Virus record (IMG/VR): IMGVR_UViG_3300026254_000135
Location: 1-26,316 of that record
DNA: 26,316 bases
Source of the DNA: a virus
Taxonomy: Duplodnaviria; Caudoviricetes
Direction: 5' to 3' (one strand)
The notes under the pieces are model-generated. The model was not told where the DNA came from. It saw nothing but the letters and a program-made list of their open reading frames with translations, and did not search any database. Shown here piece by piece: positions 17,901 through 25,448 of the stretch. Each line of letters begins with the position of its first letter. Position 1 is the first letter of the stretch. Both the position numbers and the translations under genes were made by a program.

Positions 17901-18507
17901 TTTAGAATTTGTTAAAGCCTCATTAAGTTGTTTAGACCCAGTTTTTAAAGAATTTAAAAAAGCTTATAATTTGAAATCTAATCGTTATATTAGAAATTGG
18001 CATGCATGTGCTAATAAAATGGAAAGTCTTTTGGAAAAGGATTTGGGGTTCTCATGTTACGTTACCATACGAAAAGATAAAGATCATGCATTATATGATA
18101 TGACTTTTGATGGCGCAGCCAATGTTCCGGAAGAACATTTTTCAGAATCAGAATTGGAGATAACAGTTAACCTATCTCCAGAGATGTATACACAGCAATT
18201 ATTTGTACCAGAATCAACTTGGAAAAAATATAAACAACATTTCACACTTACCTTTATACATGAACTAACACATTCTTTACAATTCGATAACGGAGACACA
18301 CAAAATGATTATGAGGATTATTTTTCTAGCCCGTTTGAAATAGATGCATATAGTTCAGAATTAGCCTTCGATATGTTTCTTTATGCCAAGCCAAAAACAC
18401 AATGTGAGGCATTTATGAGATATTCTAAAATAAAAGACCGAAAAATATTTGAAAAGTTCACGAATCTAACCGAAAAGAAATACGGTTATCTTAAAAATAA
18501 TAAATAA
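17893..18507 (+). CDS. HExxH zinc-metallopeptidase-like protein
   Basis: FIHELTHSLQ followed by Y...PFEIDAY (third ligand Glu). Confidence 0.6.
   Translation: MNDLEFVKASLSCLDPVFKEFKKAYNLKSNRYIRNWHACANKMESLLEKDLGFSCYVTIRKDKDHALYDMTFDGAANVPEEHFSESELEITVNLSPEMYTQQLFVPESTWKKYKQHFTLTFIHELTHSLQFDNGDTQNDYEDYFSSPFEIDAYSSELAFDMFLYAKPKTQCEAFMRYSKIKDRKIFEKFTNLTEKKYGYLKNNK
18499..18506 (+). promoter_or_regulatory. Probable late promoter (NATAAATA)
   Basis: AATAAATA at the preceding stop codon, about 30 nt upstream of GAGGAG-ATG 18537. Confidence 0.5.
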
Positions 18508-18536
18508 GATCATACTACTTTTTTGAGGAGAAACTA

Positions 18537-18779
18537 ATGGACAATATAAAGAATTTGCACGAAACTGCCAACGAAGTTCTAGCAGAAGCTGCCGTAAGTC
18601 AGTTAGCTGTAAAATCAATGGAAGACGTTGCTAAACGTGCAAACAGTATTGCGAGATGGGCTCGTAATAATGCCGACATGGAAAGTTCCGATACCAAGAC
18701 ACTCAAAGCTATGGCCAAAGAAGTTCAGAAATTAATGGACAAATGGGTAAAAGGTTCTTGGGAAATGAAACATCTATAA
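18537..18779 (+). CDS. Small hypothetical protein, possible internal head protein
   Basis: Strong SD GAGGAG; N-terminal LHE and LAE sites. Confidence 0.7.
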   Translation: MDNIKNLHETANEVLAEAAVSQLAVKSMEDVAKRANSIARWARNNADMESSDTKTLKAMAKEVQKLMDKWVKGSWEMKHL

Positions 18780-18787
18780 GAGGTTAA

Positions 18788-20413
18788 ATGAGAAGATTCA
18801 AGACATATCTTACTGTAGAACATATTAAAGAAAATCAGCGTATCAGTGAAATGATAGATCTGATCCGAGAGTATATTGAAAAATTCGTTGATCTAAACGA
18901 AGATACAGAATATTATGAAAGGATTAAGAATATGTTACCACGAATGCAAAAAATGGATAAAGATAGAGTCAAAGCGATTTATCAATCTATTAGTGCTCCT
19001 ATGCTTAGAGAAACTTGTAGAGAGTTATTTAAAGATCATGATATGGATCCGAATTCAGATTCTAAAGCGGCTATTGCTGCAGATCAATTATATCAAAAAA
19101 TATTAGATAGTACAGATGAACCCGGATTCGGAATAGCCTTAGTTAAACAAATGCAAAATGGTCAAGCCATTAATACAAAAGGATTAATGGAAGATGCACA
19201 AAAGAAATTTATTGAAATGGATAGCCCAGCATATATTGATGCAAAAGGTGCTGCTAAACCATTACTAGAAAAAATTTATAAGTGGTTTTGGTCTTGGGAA
19301 CCAGCAATGGGTGGTAGAGCTGTAGGTGGTGGAGAGATGGCACTTATATTATGTCATATTGGTGGAAGGAAGGGTGGAGAAAAAGGAACGGGTGGTGATG
19401 TTCATTGGCCAAAGGAAAAGATGATGATTGAAATGAAAAAAGCAGGAAGTGCCGGAGCCGGTTGGGGAGGAGACTCCAATTTTAAAACCGCATTTGCATA
19501 TTTTAAAAACCAATGCGAGGATGCAGGATTGAGTTTGACCGATGACGAATACAAAGAATTAGGGTTAGGTAAAAAGTTCAAGAAAGGAGAAGGTGGTGGT
19601 TCTATGGCAGCAGAAAAATTAGCCGCGTCATTGAATGAAGCTTCTATACTGCTTTCTACAGCACCAAAGAAAATGTCGGATGTTGATATTAATAGTATGT
19701 GGGATACTATTTGTGAAATGTGCACATCATATAAAGGAACCCTAAAATTCAAGTGTGTTAAGCAAGGTAAAACAAACGTTAATGATTTTATGCATACTTG
19801 GGTTGCAAATGGTATAGACGCATATGCTGCTAAAGAAGGACATAATGTTATATTTTTATTTAATCCACAAACTTTGAAGGGCGGTGCAATTGCAGGGAAA
19901 GCCGGCGCAGCAGGCGCAAAGTTTTATCAATTACAATCAGGCAATAAAGGACCATTTGATTATGATTGGGATGTGTCTTGGACTCAGATGGGTTATCACC
20001 AATATGTGCCGAGATTACAATTAATAGATAAAGGATATTCTCAAATTACTCCAAATTTAAATCTTGCAGATGTTAAAGTAAGAGCAGCGATGTCACCTTA
20101 TCTTTCATCTATTAAAGCATATACAACCGACTCAAAAGGTGAGGCAAGAAAGGCGCTGCCGGGTGGAGCATTTACAGCTGTTCTTAAGAAACTGAAGCCC
20201 ATCATCGGAGTTACGAATCACAATACCGATAAAAACAAAATAGCAATTGTTAAAGCTTTAGACTCATATTATAAAGGTGATAACACCAAAGCTGGAAGAC
20301 TTTCTCCAAAGGGAGGATTTACAGGTTTAACAAATAGTCAATTATCCCAGAATGAAAAAACAGCAATTAAAACGGCCATAGATAACTTTAAGAAAATATT
20401 AGAAATAAAGTAA
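18788..20413 (+). CDS. Hypothetical protein with PD-(D/E)xK nuclease-like motif and CTS-like N-terminus
   Basis: GGGEMAL...GGDV....MIEMK pattern; N-terminus MRRFKTYLTVEHIKE; GAGG Shine-Dalgarno. Confidence 0.55.
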   Translation: MRRFKTYLTVEHIKENQRISEMIDLIREYIEKFVDLNEDTEYYERIKNMLPRMQKMDKDRVKAIYQSISAPMLRETCRELFKDHDMDPNSDSKAAIAADQLYQKILDSTDEPGFGIALVKQMQNGQAINTKGLMEDAQKKFIEMDSPAYIDAKGAAKPLLEKIYKWFWSWEPAMGGRAVGGGEMALILCHIGGRKGGEKGTGGDVHWPKEKMMIEMKKAGSAGAGWGGDSNFKTAFAYFKNQCEDAGLSLTDDEYKELGLGKKFKKGEGGGSMAAEKLAASLNEASILLSTAPKKMSDVDINSMWDTICEMCTSYKGTLKFKCVKQGKTNVNDFMHTWVANGIDAYAAKEGHNVIFLFNPQTLKGGAIAGKAGAAGAKFYQLQSGNKGPFDYDWDVSWTQMGYHQYVPRLQLIDKGYSQITPNLNLADVKVRAAMSPYLSSIKAYTTDSKGEARKALPGGAFTAVLKKLKPIIGVTNHNTDKNKIAIVKALDSYYKGDNTKAGRLSPKGGFTGLTNSQLSQNEKTAIKTAIDNFKKILEIK

Positions 20414-20417
20414 TTTG

Positions 20418-21650
20418 ATGAAATCTTATAAGCAGTTTCTTGTAGAAGCTTCAGGAAAAAATCTTCATATGGAACATCTCGAAGATGAGGTGTTGAATGG
20501 TGGTGTTAATGGTACTAGAGGTGCTATTAATTTTTTAAGATCACTAAGAGATATGTTGGCTGGTAATAATAGAGAAGCTGTTAATGTTACAGTTAAATGG
20601 GATGGTGCACCCGCTATATGCGCAGGCATTCATCCTAATGGTAAATTCTTCGTTGATTATAAATCGATGAGGCGTCCATGTTTTACTCAATCGGACATAG
20701 ACGAACACTTTGTTGGAAGTCCACTTCATCCTAAAATGAGTGCTTTATTAGAACACTTACCTAAGTTAAATATTCCAGGTAATATTTTTCAAGGCGATGT
20801 TCTTTGGACCACCAATAAAGAAAAGAAGATACAGACAATTGATAATGAAAAGAGTATTACTTTTACACCTAATACTATAACATATGCGGTTCCTTTAAAT
20901 ACTGAATTGGCTAAACAAATTATTGCCGCAGAAGTTGGGATTGTTTTTCATACAACATATAGAACAGCGGGGCAAGAAGACTTAACTGATCTTAAAGCTG
21001 AATTTGGAGCAGATATAAATCAATGGTCATCACATAAAGATGTTTGGGCAGTTAATGCCGACTTTACTGATTTAAGTGGGACCGCGACATTTACTGAATC
21101 AGATACTACCAAAGTTACTAAAATGCTTTCCGAATTAGGAAAAGATTTTAATAAAGTTAATGGAAGATTTTTAGATAATATATCAAAAGATAATATTATT
21201 AGAACACACATTAAAACTTTCATGAACACAAAAGTTAGAGAAGGCGAATTTGTTGACAATTATAAAAAATCAGCAAAAGATTGTGTTAAATGGATTGAGA
21301 ATAAAATGCAGAAAGAGGTTGGGAAGTTAAAGTCTGAAAGAGGTAGGCAAAGAAAACAAATGACTGTTGATGGATATATGAAAACCTTAAACGGTTCCAT
21401 GGATCAAATAGAGATCATATTTCGATTAATGTCATTAATAAACAATATAAAACTTTTTATAGTTGAGAAGTTAGAAGAAGTCAAAGGTATAACAAAAACC
21501 TTTATAAGAACACCATATGGTTATAAAGTAACTAAGCCAGAAGGTTTTGTAGCTATTGATACTTTTGATAATCAAAAGGGTTTAAAATTAGTTAACCGGA
21601 TGGAATTTAGTAGAATAAATTTCACCGCAGAAAAGGATTGGGACCAATGA
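20418..21650 (+). CDS. Conserved T4-like phage protein with covalent nucleotidyltransferase (RNA/DNA ligase-fold) motifs
   Basis: KNLHMEHLED, TVKWDG (motif I), FQGD (III), PEGFV (IV) and LKLVNR.EFS (V). N-terminus MKSYKQFLVEA. Confidence 0.65.
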   Translation: MKSYKQFLVEASGKNLHMEHLEDEVLNGGVNGTRGAINFLRSLRDMLAGNNREAVNVTVKWDGAPAICAGIHPNGKFFVDYKSMRRPCFTQSDIDEHFVGSPLHPKMSALLEHLPKLNIPGNIFQGDVLWTTNKEKKIQTIDNEKSITFTPNTITYAVPLNTELAKQIIAAEVGIVFHTTYRTAGQEDLTDLKAEFGADINQWSSHKDVWAVNADFTDLSGTATFTESDTTKVTKMLSELGKDFNKVNGRFLDNISKDNIIRTHIKTFMNTKVREGEFVDNYKKSAKDCVKWIENKMQKEVGKLKSERGRQRKQMTVDGYMKTLNGSMDQIEIIFRLMSLINNIKLFIVEKLEEVKGITKTFIRTPYGYKVTKPEGFVAIDTFDNQKGLKLVNRMEFSRINFTAEKDWDQ

Positions 21651-21901
21651 GACCTATTTTTACAAAACAATCTGAACCATTAGAAGAGGGATCTCAATGG
21701 TCAGAAAAATTAACAGATGCTCTGATGGAATGCATTGAAAAAAGTCCAGATCGGTATAAAAATAAATTAGCCCAAATTTACGAAGACTATATGGAGAAGT
21801 TTGGTAAGCAATCTAATATGCGAAGGATTCCCCCAATGTTGCAAGATATGTTCCGCGCAATAGAAGAGGGTTCTGATGCGAGAGTTAACCGCGATCAATA
21901 A
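21647..21901 (+). CDS. Small hypothetical protein
   Basis: ATGA-coupled to the upstream gene and TAATG-coupled to the downstream gene; LEEG site near the N-terminus. Confidence 0.65.
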   Translation: MRPIFTKQSEPLEEGSQWSEKLTDALMECIEKSPDRYKNKLAQIYEDYMEKFGKQSNMRRIPPMLQDMFRAIEEGSDARVNRDQ

Positions 21902-22509
21902 TGAAATCTTTTTTACAATATCTGGAAGAATCAGCGAATAAGGGATTAACTATTTTTGATATAGATGATACCCTTTTTCATACAAAGGCAAAGGTCTTTG
22001 TAAAAAAGAATGATGAGATTATTCATACATTAAATAATCAAGAGTTTAATACATATAAACTCAAAGCGGGTGAAGAGTTTGATTTTGGGGAGTTCAGATC
22101 AGCAAAGCTTTTTAGACAAACTTCTACACCAATTGGAAAGATGATTGCAAAGGCTAAGGCTATAGTAAAAAATGCCATACCGAGAGGTTCTAAAGTTATA
22201 ATGGCTACTGCGAGATCAGATTTTGACGACAGGGATACTTTTTTAGATACATTCAGAGCCCATGGAATAGATATCGATAAGATATACGTAGAACGAGCAG
22301 GAAATTTAAATTTAGGTTCTGCAGCAAAGAATAAAAAAGTTATTTTTCAAAAATATTTAAAGTCAGGGATGTATAAAAGAATTAGGTTGTTTGATGATTC
22401 TAAAGAAAATTTAAATTCTTTTATGTCTCTCTCAAAAAAATATCCAGATGTAGACTTTGAAGCATATTTAGTAAAAAAGAATGGGAATACTTCGACTTTT
22501 AAAGCATAA
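21901..22509 (+). CDS. HAD-superfamily phosphatase (Pnkp 3'-phosphatase-like)
   Basis: IFDIDDTL (DxDxT), ATARS, K motif and LFDDS..N. N-terminus MKSFLQYLEES. Confidence 0.78.
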   Translation: MKSFLQYLEESANKGLTIFDIDDTLFHTKAKVFVKKNDEIIHTLNNQEFNTYKLKAGEEFDFGEFRSAKLFRQTSTPIGKMIAKAKAIVKNAIPRGSKVIMATARSDFDDRDTFLDTFRAHGIDIDKIYVERAGNLNLGSAAKNKKVIFQKYLKSGMYKRIRLFDDSKENLNSFMSLSKKYPDVDFEAYLVKKNGNTSTFKA

Positions 22510-22515
22510 AATATT

Positions 22516-23568
22516 ATGAAAGAAACTTCTGGTCAAGGCCGGATCAAGAAAATAATTGATAAGTCACCGGAATTAATAAATGGTTTAGAATTTAGTGAGA
22601 TACTAGATAATTTATTTCCTAGGCTAAAAGATCATGGTTTTAGTAGGAACTATATAAGTATATTAATACATAAATTAGTTGCTAATAATCCGAAAAGAGC
22701 CACTCTGGGAGACGCGGGAGATTTTTTTTATATTAAGGATGAACGATATTTTGTTTATACTGGAAATGAAGATGTTGAAACTTTTTATTATGATAAGGAA
22801 TTAGCAAAAAAGACTACAAAGGCGTATCAAGATAGTCGAGCTATTAAATATGAAGAATTTATTAATGGGTATAAAGAATTAGATTTTGAATTACCAAAAA
22901 TTGAAGAAACTGGTAAAAAGATTTTAATAGTAGCTCAATGTTCTAAATCTAAACGATTATCAGAAAATAAACAAAGTGCCATAGATTTATATGATGGCAA
23001 AGAAATGAGAATTTATAAGAAATTCTTAGATAGTCCGTTAAAAGGAACAACGCTTTTTGAATCTAATGAAGTATATAAAAATAAAATAGATTTTTATATT
23101 TTATCTGCTGGTTATGGGTTAATTGAAGGATTTACTAAAATTAATCATTATAATAATTCCTATAATAGCATAGATAAACGTGATGCTGTTAGATTCGGTA
23201 GAGATACGAAAGTACGAGAAACATTAGATAAGTTGATAACAACGAATGAGTATGATATAGTTTTTATATGTTTGGCGAGATCATATTTAAATATTTTAGA
23301 TTTGAAAATCGATTTTAGTTATAAAAACACAAATATCATATTTTTAACATCGCCAAAGGTTTTAAATTGTACTATACAAAGACCTATGGGAGATAATGTA
23401 AATTTTATGTTTGTTAAGCACCCAGAACATACTGGTGTGCATTCAGTTCCTCAAATAGCATTAAAGGGGAAAGTTTTAACAACATTTATAAAAAATAATG
23501 GATTAGATAATCTATTAAATAATTTAAATCATTTTCAAGAATATATAGATAATGGTTCGGTGAAATAG
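22516..23568 (+). CDS. Hypothetical protein with C-terminal DUF6884/YaaA-like domain
   Basis: IVAQCSKSK...AIDLYDG...YILSAGYGLI....I..YN motif series; sequence visibly more AT-rich than its neighbours. Confidence 0.55.
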   Translation: MKETSGQGRIKKIIDKSPELINGLEFSEILDNLFPRLKDHGFSRNYISILIHKLVANNPKRATLGDAGDFFYIKDERYFVYTGNEDVETFYYDKELAKKTTKAYQDSRAIKYEEFINGYKELDFELPKIEETGKKILIVAQCSKSKRLSENKQSAIDLYDGKEMRIYKKFLDSPLKGTTLFESNEVYKNKIDFYILSAGYGLIEGFTKINHYNNSYNSIDKRDAVRFGRDTKVRETLDKLITTNEYDIVFICLARSYLNILDLKIDFSYKNTNIIFLTSPKVLNCTIQRPMGDNVNFMFVKHPEHTGVHSVPQIALKGKVLTTFIKNNGLDNLLNNLNHFQEYIDNGSVK

Positions 23569-23576
23569 GAGAAAAA

Positions 23577-23837
23577 ATGTCATTATGGACAAGATTCACT
23601 TCATGGTTAGCAGGATGGCCAGAAGGTGCACCAAGAAAAGATCACAGGAGTGATAAAGATGAAGATATGTTGTTTCAAGCACAGGAACAATTATCAAAAC
23701 AACATCCTCCGACTAAACCTTTAAAGTTGATGAATAAACGTGAACTAGAGGAATATGGAAGAACTATTGGTCTTGAATTGGATAGACGAAAAACTAAAGC
23801 ATATTTAATTAAAGAAATAGGAGAACATAGTGGCTGA
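23577..23837 (+). CDS. Small protein with C-terminal Rho_N/HeH-like helical domain
   Basis: LMNKRELEEYGRTIGLELDRRKTKAYLIKEI pattern; AGGAG Shine-Dalgarno. Confidence 0.6.
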   Translation: MSLWTRFTSWLAGWPEGAPRKDHRSDKDEDMLFQAQEQLSKQHPPTKPLKLMNKRELEEYGRTIGLELDRRKTKAYLIKEIGEHSG

Positions 23838-24069
23838 GAAGATTAATTATTTTGGTGATGGTCCTTTTTCAGGAGAGTATAGTAATTTAGCACAATCCGT
23901 GAAAAGAATCGCAGATAAAAAAGCCCAAGGATTCCTGGCTGGATGGGATCAAAAACAAGTTACAGATATGAAAGAGCAAAGCGCGAATAAATCCGTTGCT
24001 GATGCTTATATAACTAAAGTTGTAAATCCAGAACAAGAACTCAAGAAAGAGATCGAAGAGAAAGAATGA
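23830..24069 (+). CDS. Small hypothetical protein
   Basis: GTG start after AGGAG; ATGA overlap with the next gene. Confidence 0.6.
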   Translation: MAEKINYFGDGPFSGEYSNLAQSVKRIADKKAQGFLAGWDQKQVTDMKEQSANKSVADAYITKVVNPEQELKKEIEEKE

Positions 24070-25448
24070 CAACATTCTCCAGATTACGCGAAGGAAATTT
24101 ACAGACCGCTGTATTTACTTTTGGAAGATTTAATCCGCCCACTATCGGGCATGAGATTTTGGTTGATAAAGTAGCGACTGTAGCTAAACGAAATAGATCA
24201 GATGCATTTGTTTTCGCAAGTTCCACGCAGGATAAAAAAAAGAATCCATTAGATTATAAAGAAAAAATCAAATGGATGAAGAAAATGTTCAAAGTAAAGG
24301 GTCAAAACATTTTCAATTATTCAAATAAAAAACCTGCAGATGTATTGCAAGTTCTTTCATTATTACATGATGAAGGATTCGAACATGTTGTTATGATTGT
24401 AGGTAGTGATAGAGTAAATCAATTTAAAAAGCTATTACCTCAATATAATAATGTTGAAGATAAGCCTCATGGTTTTTATAATTTTAAGCAGATAGATGTA
24501 GAAAGTGCTGGTGAAAGAGACCCCGATGCAGATGACGCTTCCGGTATGTCAGCATCTAAACTAAGATCTCTTGCTGTAGATAGCGATTTCGACGCATTTA
24601 AAACGGGTTTACCAGATACTTTAAGCGAAAGAGATAAAAGAAGCTTGTATCAAGCATTAAGAAAACAAATGAAACTAAGTGTTATGGAAAAACAGATAAA
24701 AGAAAAACTTGATCACGTTGGTGTTCCCAATGCAGATATAAAGCGACCACAATGGAAGACTAAGAAATTACCTAGTCCGAGTAAGAAGGATAGCACAGCA
24801 CAGTCGAATGCTTTTATAGGTAAAATGATGCCAAAACAAAAGCCCGTCACGTTGCCGAAGACGGATGTTGATGAATCTCTATGGATAGAAAAAGTTGAAT
24901 TTGAAGGAGAAGTATATCATGTAGATGATAAGGCTGCTAAAATATTTGAATATATTAAAACGTTACCGTATAGCTCAAGAGAAGTTGATTATATTAAAGG
25001 ATGTTTAAAAGAATGTAATGAGTTTTTTGATAGTCTTACAGAGATAACAGAAAGGGCTCGGCTTTGGCAACTTTCGAAATTGAGAGAAAACATCAAAAAG
25101 ACAAATGATTATATTGTAGTATTAGATGAAGGATCTGGAATGATTGATTTTAACAGGGCGGATTTTTCATATCTACATGAAATGGTAGATAAATTACCTG
25201 TAAATGAAGTTGATTTAAAAGATCCTGTTAGCAATAAATTACAAAAGCTTCTTGGATTAAAGGAATGGAATAAAGAACGGGCCGGAGAAGGCCAACAGTT
25301 AGAAATCGGAACAGATAAATATAAAAGATACTGCGTAGATTTGACTCCGGGACAGGAGTTGGAATCAGAGTTAGATAAAAAAAGAATACAACAAACAGAA
25401 AGATATAATAAAATTCTTTCTAAAATAATTGCAAGTAGGAGCAAGTAA
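24066..25448 (+). CDS. Cytidylyltransferase-like (HxGH) nucleotidyltransferase with long C-terminal extension
   Basis: TFGRFNPPTIGH, KKNPL, VGSDRV, SAGERDPDA and MSASKLR motifs in the first ~205 aa. Confidence 0.8.
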   Translation: MTTFSRLREGNLQTAVFTFGRFNPPTIGHEILVDKVATVAKRNRSDAFVFASSTQDKKKNPLDYKEKIKWMKKMFKVKGQNIFNYSNKKPADVLQVLSLLHDEGFEHVVMIVGSDRVNQFKKLLPQYNNVEDKPHGFYNFKQIDVESAGERDPDADDASGMSASKLRSLAVDSDFDAFKTGLPDTLSERDKRSLYQALRKQMKLSVMEKQIKEKLDHVGVPNADIKRPQWKTKKLPSPSKKDSTAQSNAFIGKMMPKQKPVTLPKTDVDESLWIEKVEFEGEVYHVDDKAAKIFEYIKTLPYSSREVDYIKGCLKECNEFFDSLTEITERARLWQLSKLRENIKKTNDYIVVLDEGSGMIDFNRADFSYLHEMVDKLPVNEVDLKDPVSNKLQKLLGLKEWNKERAGEGQQLEIGTDKYKRYCVDLTPGQELESELDKKRIQQTERYNKILSKIIASRSK

